From an uncultured virus (IMG/VR IMGVR_UViG_2061766007_000813) (lineage: Duplodnaviria > Heunggongvirae > Uroviricota > Caudoviricetes), in the IMG/VR virus record IMGVR_UViG_2061766007_000813: a stretch of 20,000 bases of DNA, one strand, 5' to 3'. Below, piece by piece: positions 1 to 8,451 of this stretch. The position numbers were made by a program, and so were the translations under genes. Below the pieces are notes generated by a model. The model made no database searches. It was not told where the DNA came from and was given only the letters and a program-made list of their open reading frames with translations. Position 1 is the stretch's first letter, and each line of letters starts with the position of its first letter.

Positions 1-849
1 ATCGCGATGGGTGTTGACAGGGACGGTGCTGGCGACCAAGGCATGATGTTCGGATATGCCGTGGACAGCCCAGACACAATGTACCTGCCTGTCCAGTATT
101 ACTACGCACAGCGTATCATGGGATTCTTCCAGAATGGACGCAAGTTCGGCGACCAGTGGTGCATGGACAATCTCCGTCCTGATGCAAAGTCCCAGATTAC
201 GTTCGACAAGGATTCTGGAAAGATGAAAACCATCGTTATCTCCCATCAGCATGTCGAAGGCATGAAGATGGATGAATTCCAGAAGACTTGCACAAAAATC
301 ATCCGCAATGCGGTGCCAGACAAGTATCTTGACCAAATCGTGTTCCTGAAACACGACGACAAGTACGACATCAATGACGACAAGACGTTCGTGTTCCTGA
401 ATCCGACTGGTCAGTTCGTCGAAGGCGGTCCCGCTGCCGACACTGGCTTGACTGGACGCAAAATCATCGTTGACACATACGGTGGCGAAGGTCGAATCGG
501 CGGTGGCGCATTTTCTGGCAAAGACCCGTCCAAGGTTGACCGCTCCGCTGCGTACATGTGCCGTTATGTGGCGAAGAATCTCGTGGCGAATGGCATGTGC
601 AAGAGGGCAGAAGTCGCCGTGGCATACGCCATCGGTGTGGCAGAGCCTGTTCAAATCATGGTCAATACATTCGGCACTGGCGATGATGCCAAGTTGACTG
701 AATATGTGAAGCAGAATTACAATTTCCGCCCGAAGGCGATTACCAGTCGGTTCAATCTGACGAAGCCTAAAGACTGGAAATACGCATGGACTGCTTGCAA
801 CGGACATTTCACGAATCCCAACTTCCCGTGGGAAAAAATTGAAAAATAA
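1..849 (+). CDS. metK: S-adenosylmethionine synthetase (5'-truncated by the window edge)
   Basis: Signature motifs GAGDQG, RPDAKSQ, NPTGQFVEGGPAADTGLTGRKIIVDTYGG, GGGAFSGKDPSKVDRSAAY, YAIGVAEP. The frame is open from base 1, so ATG at 7 is internal. Confidence 0.97.
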   Translation: MAMGVDRDGAGDQGMMFGYAVDSPDTMYLPVQYYYAQRIMGFFQNGRKFGDQWCMDNLRPDAKSQITFDKDSGKMKTIVISHQHVEGMKMDEFQKTCTKIIRNAVPDKYLDQIVFLKHDDKYDINDDKTFVFLNPTGQFVEGGPAADTGLTGRKIIVDTYGGEGRIGGGAFSGKDPSKVDRSAAYMCRYVAKNLVANGMCKRAEVAVAYAIGVAEPVQIMVNTFGTGDDAKLTEYVKQNYNFRPKAITSRFNLTKPKDWKYAWTACNGHFTNPNFPWEKIEK

Positions 850-862
850 TTCCCGTCATTTC

Positions 863-899
863 AAAAATCCGTGTCATATTTATTATGACACGGATTTTT
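863..899. terminator. Perfect 16-bp inverted repeat between metK and the methyltransferase (terminator or regulatory hairpin)
   Basis: aaaaatccgtgtcata-tttat-tatgacacggattttt; the right arm ends 3 nt before the ATG at 903. Confidence 0.65.
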
Positions 900-902
900 A
901 CT

Positions 903-1637
903 ATGATGAAATTGATTAACAACGACTGTCTGATTGAAATGGCGAAGATGGATGATGAATCCATCGACGCAGTTGTTTGCGACCTCCCGTATTTTCAGGT
1001 CGTGAAGGATGATTTTGACAACCAGTGGAAGAACGAGACTGAATATCTCGACTGGGTTGGTCGGATAATTGCAGAATACAACCGCTTGTTGAAGCCGAAT
1101 GGAAATCTGTTCCTGTTCACGAGTCGGCAGTACAACCGTCATATTTGCATGATGCTGGATGAATTCTTCAAGGAAAAAAGAATCATCATCTGGTGTCGAA
1201 AACGTTCGTTCAATACGACGAGGGGAAAGGCGTTGGCAAGCGGATACGAACCCATCGCGTATTATTGCAAAGGCGACGACGGCGTATTTAACAATATCAA
1301 GATAAAACCAGACACGAACCGCAGGGAATACACGGACGGCACATTGAAGGACGGAATATGCCTTTCCGACGTATGGACGGACATCCCTGCATTGCCACAC
1401 AACTCGAAAGAGAAAGTTGACCACCCGACGCAGAAGCCATTGAAGCTGATGGAACGCATCATATCCCTCGGAACAAACGAAGAAGACGTGGTGCTGGACA
1501 ATTGCATGGGGTCTGGAACGACGGGCGTGGCGTGCCTTAATCTCAACCGAGGTTTCATCGGGATTGAAAGCGATGCCAGATACTTCAATCTGGCTACACA
1601 GAGGATTGAATCGGAAACACCAATCTGGAAAAAATAA
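903..1637 (+). CDS. Solitary N4-cytosine/N6-adenine DNA methyltransferase, beta class
   Basis: N-terminal catalytic motif IV variant DLPY, then SDVW, HPTQKP, and C-terminal SAM-binding motif I LDNCMGSGTTG...FIGIE. Start is ATG 903 or 906; ATG 885 lies inside the hairpin. Confidence 0.93.
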   Translation: MMKLINNDCLIEMAKMDDESIDAVVCDLPYFQVVKDDFDNQWKNETEYLDWVGRIIAEYNRLLKPNGNLFLFTSRQYNRHICMMLDEFFKEKRIIIWCRKRSFNTTRGKALASGYEPIAYYCKGDDGVFNNIKIKPDTNRREYTDGTLKDGICLSDVWTDIPALPHNSKEKVDHPTQKPLKLMERIISLGTNEEDVVLDNCMGSGTTGVACLNLNRGFIGIESDARYFNLATQRIESETPIWKK

Positions 1638-1651
1638 AAAGGAGTATAATT

Positions 1652-2971
1652 ATGGAAGAACAGCAATTTGACGGATTGATTGAAAAATTTCTTGAATCGG
1701 CTTCATCGTCCATCATAACAAAAGGTGTTGTGGAGATGACGAACGGATTGATTGCAAGCGAGAGATTCGAATTTGGGAGCGATGCCATCACATTCGGGAT
1801 TGAAAGATTCGGCTATCATGATGGACTTGAGGCATTCAGGATTGTTGCGTTCGTTGAAGGCGGTCTGAAGGATTCTCTCCGTTCAAAGGCATTGCCGAGC
1901 GACATATCCTTGAATGACGCATGGAAGGTGTGCTCCAAAGGGTTCTTGACCGAAGACGGAAAGCATCATGTGAAATTCTCCGTGTCCCGTGACATCCCGC
2001 GTGGATTCGCCACAGAACATGGGATACTTCTTGAAATGAAGGACATACTTGCAAGAATCAAGAACTACTGCAAGATGTACGACATCGCATCAGCTCTTGT
2101 CGATGCGTTGCTGTCGATAATCAGTCGCAAGAGATATGCCATGCCTGTCGTGCAGGACGAATCATCTGACACCATCAAAGGCGAATCCATTGCAAAGCTC
2201 GAAATTGCTGGCGATTCCAACAAAAATGGAAATTCGATGAAAGAAAAGGAAGAACCGAATGCTCTTGAGGACACCATCGGAGAGACATTCGCGAAGAACA
2301 TCGGCGACAAGACCTACAAGCCAGACAAGGACAATGAAATCGACATGGCGTTGAAGGACACCGATGAGTATGTCATCAAGAAGAATTCTTTCCTAGGAAA
2401 GTTGGTCTCGATAGCTAAGTCCACATTCGGCGAAGAACGCGATATCAAGAAGCTCGAAAAGATTTTCGAGGACGATTTCGAGCAGAAGATGCACGAGGAA
2501 ATCACGCCGAAGCCCAATAAAGTCTTTGTCAAGGTCAAGAGACTCGTCCCGAATGCCAAGATGCCGTTGCGTGCGCATCCAGAGGACAAGGGAGCCGACC
2601 TGTTCGCGGTATCCAAGAAGACAATCGTCTATGGTGAGCATCGTGATGTCCTCCAGTATGGCTACGGAATCGCGATTGAACTCCCAGTCGGATATTCCGC
2701 CCTTATCATGCCACGCTCGTCCGTTTACAAGACTGGCATGATGATGTGCAACTCCATCGGGCTGATTGACTCTGGATACAGGGGCGAACTCATGTCTAAT
2801 TTCTATGCGGATGGTGAAAGCAAGCCATACGAAGTGTCTTCAGACAAGCCGATAGCGCAATTGGTCATACCAGAGTGCCTCGCCACGGAAGTCGAATTCG
2901 TCGAAGTGGATGAACTGTCCGAAACCGAACGTGGTACAGGCGGATTCGGAAGCACGGACGCAAAACGGTAA
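1652..2971 (+). CDS. dut: Trimeric dUTPase fused to a ~290-aa unknown N-terminal region
   Basis: The C-terminal ~150 aa have the dUTPase motifs KGADL, PRSS, GLIDSGYRGEL, IAQLVI and RGTGGFGSTD. SD aaggag lies upstream of ATG 1652. Confidence 0.92.
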   Translation: MEEQQFDGLIEKFLESASSSIITKGVVEMTNGLIASERFEFGSDAITFGIERFGYHDGLEAFRIVAFVEGGLKDSLRSKALPSDISLNDAWKVCSKGFLTEDGKHHVKFSVSRDIPRGFATEHGILLEMKDILARIKNYCKMYDIASALVDALLSIISRKRYAMPVVQDESSDTIKGESIAKLEIAGDSNKNGNSMKEKEEPNALEDTIGETFAKNIGDKTYKPDKDNEIDMALKDTDEYVIKKNSFLGKLVSIAKSTFGEERDIKKLEKIFEDDFEQKMHEEITPKPNKVFVKVKRLVPNAKMPLRAHPEDKGADLFAVSKKTIVYGEHRDVLQYGYGIAIELPVGYSALIMPRSSVYKTGMMMCNSIGLIDSGYRGELMSNFYADGESKPYEVSSDKPIAQLVIPECLATEVEFVEVDELSETERGTGGFGSTDAKR

Positions 2972-2990
2972 TCACATTCATACCATCCAG

Positions 2991-3410
2991 ATGAAATACG
3001 ACCATCCACAGCAGTTGGAACCGAAATGTATAGAAATCGAAATGCGTTTAAATGATGGATTCTGGCATCCTTGCTACGACTACTTTTTCGAGTCTAAGGA
3101 CTACATCGTATGTCAGTCGTACAGTTCATGGAATAATCCACAGCTTCTCATTCTTGATAAGAACAACCTTATAATGGCGGATGCTTTCATAAGCGACGGA
3201 AACCATGTTGAATACGGGGAACGGCTGTTCCAGCATTCGTATTACAATAATTTTGAAGACGACGGGACGTTGCTTGTATCGAAGGAACTGCTTGATTCCA
3301 TCATTTATAAAATCATGATAGGAGATTTGAAGCTTCTTAGCAAGGACGCGCTTCTTGACAGCATAATGAAAAAAATGTCTGAAATCTTGAAAAAGAGGAT
3401 GAAAGCATAG
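2991..3410 (+). CDS. Hypothetical protein (~139 aa)
   Basis: Open frame following dut in the same orientation. ATG 2991 is the first non-overlapping start. No recognisable motif. Confidence 0.6.
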   Translation: MKYDHPQQLEPKCIEIEMRLNDGFWHPCYDYFFESKDYIVCQSYSSWNNPQLLILDKNNLIMADAFISDGNHVEYGERLFQHSYYNNFEDDGTLLVSKELLDSIIYKIMIGDLKLLSKDALLDSIMKKMSEILKKRMKA

Positions 3411-3436
3411 TTCCATCGTATGATGATTTTTCTGTC

Positions 3437-3468
3437 TGGCTCGCTTGAATTTTCCGTTAGGCGAGCCA
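3437..3468. terminator. GC-rich hairpin after the 2991-3410 gene
   Basis: tggctcgc...gcgagcca inverted repeat; any downstream T-tract is hidden by the N-gap. Confidence 0.35.
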
Positions 3469-3479
3469 TNNNNNNNNNN

Positions 3480-3767
3480 AGACACGAACCGCAGGGAATA
3501 CACGGGCGGGACATTGAAGGACGGTATATGCCTGTCCGACGTATGGACGGACATCCCCGCATTGCCACACAACTCGAAAGAGAAAGTTGACCACCCGACG
3601 CAGAAGCCNNNNNNNNNNNNNNNNNNNNNNNNNNNNNNNNNNNNNNNNNNNNNNNNNNNNNNNNNNNNNNNNNNNNNNNNNNNNNNNNNNNNNNNNNNNN
3701 NNNNNNNNNNNNNNNTAATCTGGCAATAAGCAGGATGCAATCGGAAACACCAATCTGGAAAAAATAA
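3480..3767 (+). repeat. Second, gapped copy of the 3' part of the methyltransferase gene (strain variant or duplication)
   Basis: 3480-3608 matches 1310-1438 with 5 mismatches in 129 nt. 3716-3767 matches the MTase 3' end (...SETPIWKK*). Flanked and interrupted by N-runs. Confidence 0.85.
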
Positions 3768-3781
3768 AAAGGAGTACGATT

Positions 3782-4004
3782 ATGGAAGAAAAACAAAAGG
3801 AATTCGATGAGTTGATTGACGAATTCATTGAACTGTCGTCGGCATCAATCATGATAAAAGGTACGCAACCGAAGCAGAACGGGATGTACGCATACGAGGA
3901 ATTCGCTCTCGGAGACGACACCATCATATTCGGAATCGAGGAATTCGGATACCATGACGGTCAGAAGGCGTTCAGGGTGGTGGCGTTCGCAAACGGCGAA
4001 TTGA
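3782..4004 (+). CDS. Partial ORF homologous to the N-terminal domain of the dUTPase fusion; cut by an N-gap and possibly the true N-terminus of DnaE
   Basis: MEEKQKEFDELIDEFIELSSASI...FGIEEFGYHDGQKAFRVVAF aligns with MEEQQFDGLIEKFLESASSSI...FGIERFGYHDGLEAFRIVAF; same SD context. Confidence 0.75.
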
Positions 4005-4014
4005 NNNNNNNNNN

Positions 4015-6531
4015 GAAGAACAACAGCAACCATCCACGCCTTTCGTGGATTTCGGAAGGAAGACCCAGTTTTCACTCAAGACCGCTATGGGAGAGCCGAA
4101 GACAGCCATTCCCATTCTCAAGAAGCGCAATCAGAAGTGGTTTCCTATTTCAGACTACGGCGAGTGCTCTTCTTGGGTGAAGCAGTATTTCGGTTGCATC
4201 AAAGAAGGCATCGTCCCCATCCTCGGTATGGAGACGTTTGTCAACAACTACCGCTTCACAATCAATGCGGACGATGCGAACGACGTGACCGTGCATAAGT
4301 ACGGGGAGAACGAGGAATGGGAGAGAAAGGACACGGAGGTTTCCGAAGATGAGCTTGACTGGTCGCAGATTGATTTCCCGATTGACATCTTCGCACGTGC
4401 CCCTAAGTCGGAGTACAATGTCATCAAGATTCACAACGACGCGCAGTTGCACGGCGTGGAGAAAAGACCAAGGACGACCGACGCTTTCCTGAAGACGCAT
4501 GGCGAAGGAGTTGTGGCGTTGATGCCGACTCCGTATTCCGAGATTTCGTCGCATATATTCAATGGGAATTACAAGGAGGCATTGGCGAAATACGAATTCT
4601 ACAAATCCGTGTTTGACGATGTGTATGTGGAAATTCCGTTGCTTGAAGACGAGGAATACCGTGAAATCAACTCCGTCACGATTTCGTTCTGCAAGAAGCA
4701 TGGCATCAAGATGGTTCCAGTGCTCAATTCCCACTATGATACCATCGACGATGAAGAGGCATTCCCGATATTCCAGAAGTGCGGTGTATTGCGCGGTGGA
4801 ATGTCATACGAGGTGGACTACGCCCCGAACATGTATATGAAAACAAAGGAAGAGGTGTTGGACACATTCCACAAGTTCCACGAGTCAGATATCTTCACGC
4901 AGGATATCATAGACGAATTGATGAAGAATCTCGACGAGCTGTGCGAATCATTTACAACGCTTGAACTGGATACGTCTCCAAAAACCCCGCATTTCGAGAA
5001 TTCGGATGTCGAACTTAGAGAGCATGCATGGGCTGGATTCAAGAAATACGGGTTCGACAAAAAGCCGAACGCGCAGGTTTACAAGGACAGGCTGGAATAC
5101 GAATTGAAGAACATCATCAGTGCTGGCTTTGCCGATTACTTCATTTTGATTGAACGTATGTTCAATTGGTATAAATATGAAAAAGGTTGGCTTTCGTCCT
5201 GCGGTCGCGGAAGCGCGGCTGGCGCATTAACCCTTAGATGCCTTGGAGTCACGAAAATCGACCCCGTTCATCACAATTTACTGTTCGAGCGTTTCTTGGA
5301 TGCTTCACGTCTTGATGAAATTGTAAACAAAGGCGGAAAAGTGACAGGTGCCGATTTTCCCGACGTGGATAACGATGTGTTAAGTGCTCGTAAAGAACAA
5401 GTTAAGGAATATTTTGCAGAAGTCTATGGGAAGGAAAACATCTGTTCTGTCGGTACGGTTGGATACCTGAAAATCAAATCCACGCTTAAAGAGCTTGGGC
5501 GCGTGTTTGGAATCAACGACAAGGAAATCAATACATTGACGACTGACGGCATGAAGGAGTACGAGCTTGAAGACGACGGACGACCGCTGGAAGAGTTGTG
5601 TGAGAAATTCAAGGAGCTTAAAAAGTTCCTCGACAAGTATCCAGAAGTCGCCAAGGTGTTCAAAAAGCTTCAAGGTACAATCAACTCGTGGGGCGTACAT
5701 GCAGGCGGTATCCTCATCTCCGACAGACCGCTTGTTGACCAGTTGCCAGTGCGTATCAACAAGGGCAAGCTGGTCTCATGCTGGAGCGAGGGTCTTAATG
5801 GTCGTGACCTCGGCGAAATGGGCTTCCTGAAACTAGACCTGCTCGCCATCGAAACACTTGACATTATTGAAGATGCCTTGAAAATCATACAGGACAAATT
5901 CCCAGAAAAGTACAAGTCATTTGACGAAATCATGGAACTCATGATTAACGACGATGACAAGCATGCGTTGGGTCGAATCGAAGGCGGTTGGAACCAAGGC
6001 GTGTTCCAGTTTGAGACACCGCTCGCGCTGAAGACATGCGGTGAAATGCGAGGAATCAGGACATTCGACGATATCGCCTCCCTCTCCACGCTCATGCGTC
6101 CAGCAGCTCTTCAAAACAAGTTCCCAGAAAAGTACGGGAGAAGGCGCGACGGCGAGGAGAGTTTTGACATTCCAGAATGCATGAAACCGTACATTGAAAA
6201 GGAATACGGGATGCCCATCTATCAGGAAGGTGCTTATTTCTTCGGCATGTACATGGCTGGATTTGATAAGGTTTCGTCGTATAAGTTTATGAAATTGTTA
6301 TATAAAGGTAAGATGAAGGGTGACAAGATTCCTGAATGGCACGAAAAATTCATAAAAGGATGTCTTTCAAAAATAAAACATGAAGAATATGACATAGAAT
6401 TTGAAAACGGAGAAGTAAAGCACTATACTGAATTTGACATGCTGAAATGTACGGATGGTCAGGAACATACCGTAAAGGAAATCGTGGAGAAGAATCTGGA
6501 AATTGATGACAGTCCTGAGCAAAAAGAATAA
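4015..6531 (+). CDS. dnaE: DNA polymerase III alpha subunit, N-terminal fragment (degenerate PHP + palm/thumb + part of fingers) with a C-terminal split-intein-like tail; 5' end hidden in the N-gap
   Basis: GRGSAAG, LLFERFL, FPDVDND (catalytic Asp pair), HAGGILI, GFLKLDLL (third Asp), GVFQFE, RPAAL, YGMPIYQE. No FNKSH motif or OB fold. The frame is open back to the gap at 4015 (EEQQQPSTPFVDF). Confidence 0.95.
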   Translation, partial: EEQQQPSTPFVDFGRKTQFSLKTAMGEPKTAIPILKKRNQKWFPISDYGECSSWVKQYFGCIKEGIVPILGMETFVNNYRFTINADDANDVTVHKYGENEEWERKDTEVSEDELDWSQIDFPIDIFARAPKSEYNVIKIHNDAQLHGVEKRPRTTDAFLKTHGEGVVALMPTPYSEISSHIFNGNYKEALAKYEFYKSVFDDVYVEIPLLEDEEYREINSVTISFCKKHGIKMVPVLNSHYDTIDDEEAFPIFQKCGVLRGGMSYEVDYAPNMYMKTKEEVLDTFHKFHESDIFTQDIIDELMKNLDELCESFTTLELDTSPKTPHFENSDVELREHAWAGFKKYGFDKKPNAQVYKDRLEYELKNIISAGFADYFILIERMFNWYKYEKGWLSSCGRGSAAGALTLRCLGVTKIDPVHHNLLFERFLDASRLDEIVNKGGKVTGADFPDVDNDVLSARKEQVKEYFAEVYGKENICSVGTVGYLKIKSTLKELGRVFGINDKEINTLTTDGMKEYELEDDGRPLEELCEKFKELKKFLDKYPEVAKVFKKLQGTINSWGVHAGGILISDRPLVDQLPVRINKGKLVSCWSEGLNGRDLGEMGFLKLDLLAIETLDIIEDALKIIQDKFPEKYKSFDEIMELMINDDDKHALGRIEGGWNQGVFQFETPLALKTCGEMRGIRTFDDIASLSTLMRPAALQNKFPEKYGRRRDGEESFDIPECMKPYIEKEYGMPIYQEGAYFFGMYMAGFDKVSSYKFMKLLYKGKMKGDKIPEWHEKFIKGCLSKIKHEEYDIEFENGEVKHYTEFDMLKCTDGQEHTVKEIVEKNLEIDDSPEQKE
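6361..6528 (+). other. Split-intein N-fragment (Hint)-like tail of DnaE, shortened and lacking the block-B His
   Basis: CLSKIKHEEYDIEFENGEVKHYTEFDMLKCTDGQEHTVKEIVEKNLEI aligns without gaps (from memory) to the distal half of cyanobacterial DnaE-N inteins ([42 protein letters not shown]). Confidence 0.7.
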
Positions 6532-6544
6532 AAAAGTAAGTAAA

Positions 6545-6578
6545 AAATGAGCCACGGAAATATTTCCGTGGCTCATTT
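6545..6578. terminator. Bidirectional rho-independent terminator between the convergent dnaE-N and repeat-protein genes
   Basis: Perfect 34-bp palindrome aaatgagccacggaaatatttccgtggctcattt with A/T-rich flanks. Confidence 0.85.
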
Positions 6579-6694
6579 CAGCTTTGTTTTGAAAAGAGAG
6601 TTTTCAGTTTTTCCGATGCTTTTCTAGCTTTTTACAGTAATTGTAGAATATATTGTATTGCCCTTACAACAACAATTCTTCATTATCAATTTGA

Positions 6695-8293
6695 TTATTT
6701 TTCTAATTTTCTTTCTGCTTCATGTCTTATATTATCATCTTCATCATTTGCTAATTTTTTAAGTGTTTTGATTGGTGTGTTTGGATTACACACAACGCAA
6801 TATCTTATAATATTACTTTTATCATCTGCCATTTTTTCAAGTATTCCAGTGGGTGTCTTCGGATTTCCAGCAATATATTGCTTTATTCCGAAGTATTCAT
6901 CTTTTGCCAATTTTTCAAGCACTGCGACAGGCGTATTTGGATTTCGAGCAATGTACTCTCGTACATTTGGATTTTTATCATCCGCCAATTTTACAAGTGT
7001 TTTGATTGGCGTGCTTGGATTTTCGGCGATTACTTCTCTTACAGCACTATATTCATCATCTGCCAGTTTTTCAAGTGTTGCAACAGGCGTATTTGGATTT
7101 CGAGCAACATTTTTTCTTACGTTAAGCCAATTATTTGCCAATTTTACAAGTATTTCAGCAGGTGTTCTTGGATTTAGAGCAATATTCTCTTGTATTCCAA
7201 ATGAATCATCATCTGCCAATTTTACAAGTGTTTCAACAGGTGTGCTTGGATTTTTAGCAACTTTTCCTTTTACAGAAAAATCATCATTTGCCAATTTTAC
7301 AAGCGTTTCAGCGGGTGTGCTTGGATTTTCAGCAACTTTCTCTCTTACAGCACTATATTTATCATCCGCCAATTTTACAAGCATTTCAACAGGCGTGCTT
7401 GGATTTTCAGCAACATTTCTTCTTATATCGTTATCTTCATCATCAGCTAATTCTTCAAGTATTTCAACAGGTGTATTTTTATTAAAGGAAAGTTCTGTTT
7501 TTCCATACTTCATGAGAAATTCCATATCGTCATCTATCAAATCAAGACCTGGAATACATGAAGACGATTTGTTATTTTTATCCCACCATTCTATTTTATT
7601 GTCCTTTCTGCTGGCGCAGAGAGCCAGTAGTTTTCCATTTTGGAAAGCTATTCTCTTCGGATATTTATTGTAAGTGTTCCAATCTTGCCATGCTTCTTTA
7701 TCAAGTTCATCCCCGTACAATCCCATTTCTTCTTTCTGTTCTTCAGTCAACCGATTCATTTTCTGTTGATTAAAATTAAATTCTCTAATAATGAGACACC
7801 ACGGATTCTTGTCGTATCCCCAGTTGACATCAATAGCTTTCCTGACTGCTATCTGACCTTTTCTTGAATCTTCAACATAGTAAACAGTAACTCCATTTTT
7901 CAATGTTTTTTTATTTGTAAATGCAGGTTCTGTATCTGGATTGAATTTGGCATCCTGGCTTTTGATTCTGACAGTGGATTTGTCATCCCTGTTGATGACA
8001 TCCATCGGACGTTCAAAATTTTGAAAATCAAGATGCTGTTTGTTGATGAGATTCATGGCATCGTTGAATTTACTTAAATCCTCTGGGAGAACAAGCGACT
8101 TTTTCTTAATCCAGAAGAGAGCTGCCTTCTGTTCCTTTGCATTCATTTTTTCAAGGCATTCAAGATTTTCTTCGATATTAAGTTTCGGGATATTCATCTG
8201 TTTCAACTGCTTTTCGAGTTCATTACGACTGAAAGCAAGAAGCATTTTGGCTATCCTTACTAAATCTTTTGCTATTTTGATGTTGTTTCTCAT
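6695..8293 (-). CDS. 532-aa protein: amphipathic N-terminal leader, 'NPWCL' globular domain, and 10 C-terminal LRV/HEAT-like repeats
   Basis: Long AT-rich ORF with SD gaagga. Repeats fit NPxTPxxxLxKLAxDxxxxVRxxVA. Confidence 0.9.
   Translation of the reverse strand: MRNNIKIAKDLVRIAKMLLAFSRNELEKQLKQMNIPKLNIEENLECLEKMNAKEQKAALFWIKKKSLVLPEDLSKFNDAMNLINKQHLDFQNFERPMDVINRDDKSTVRIKSQDAKFNPDTEPAFTNKKTLKNGVTVYYVEDSRKGQIAVRKAIDVNWGYDKNPWCLIIREFNFNQQKMNRLTEEQKEEMGLYGDELDKEAWQDWNTYNKYPKRIAFQNGKLLALCASRKDNKIEWWDKNNKSSSCIPGLDLIDDDMEFLMKYGKTELSFNKNTPVEILEELADDEDNDIRRNVAENPSTPVEMLVKLADDKYSAVREKVAENPSTPAETLVKLANDDFSVKGKVAKNPSTPVETLVKLADDDSFGIQENIALNPRTPAEILVKLANNWLNVRKNVARNPNTPVATLEKLADDEYSAVREVIAENPSTPIKTLVKLADDKNPNVREYIARNPNTPVAVLEKLAKDEYFGIKQYIAGNPKTPTGILEKMADDKSNIIRYCVVCNPNTPIKTLKKLANDEDDNIRHEAERKLEK
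6700..7495 (-). repeat. Coding tandem repeat, 10 units of 25-26 aa (75-78 nt)
   Basis: Recurrent + strand string gccaattttacaag...caggy gtgcttggattt; protein units NKNTP/NPSTP/NPRTP/NPNTP/NPKTP. Confidence 0.9.
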
Positions 8294-8380
8294 AATTTAA
8301 TTCCTTCATTTAATTAAGTCCTTTTATTATACATAATGTATAAAGAAAACATGATGATTCAAAAAATTCATGCTAATCAT

Positions 8381-8420
8381 TTGCATTTTCCACAATGTGA
8401 TGTATATTATTGTAAAAGCA
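8381..8420 (+). promoter_or_regulatory. Putative sigma70-like phage promoter
   Basis: TTGCAT-N16-TATATT followed by A-TT-GTAAAAGCA; the same layout recurs at 12891. Confidence 0.55.
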
Positions 8421-8451
8421 TTAGTGTTTAAATCAGTCAAAGGAGAATCAC

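Noticed and set aside
903..3410. Restriction-modification system
   Set aside because: No recognisable endonuclease motif lies next to the methyltransferase, so it is treated as an orphan.
6700..7495. Possible CRISPR array or DGR template/variable repeats
   Set aside because: The 75-78-nt period is an in-frame protein repeat with no unique spacers. Mismatches are not adenine-specific, and no reverse transcriptase or cas gene is present.
6768..7673. 301-aa + strand ORF and other long antisense ORFs (e.g. 861-1424, 4150-4734, 11087-11725)
   Set aside because: They are shadow frames of well-supported genes on the opposite strand, with no motifs or RBS.
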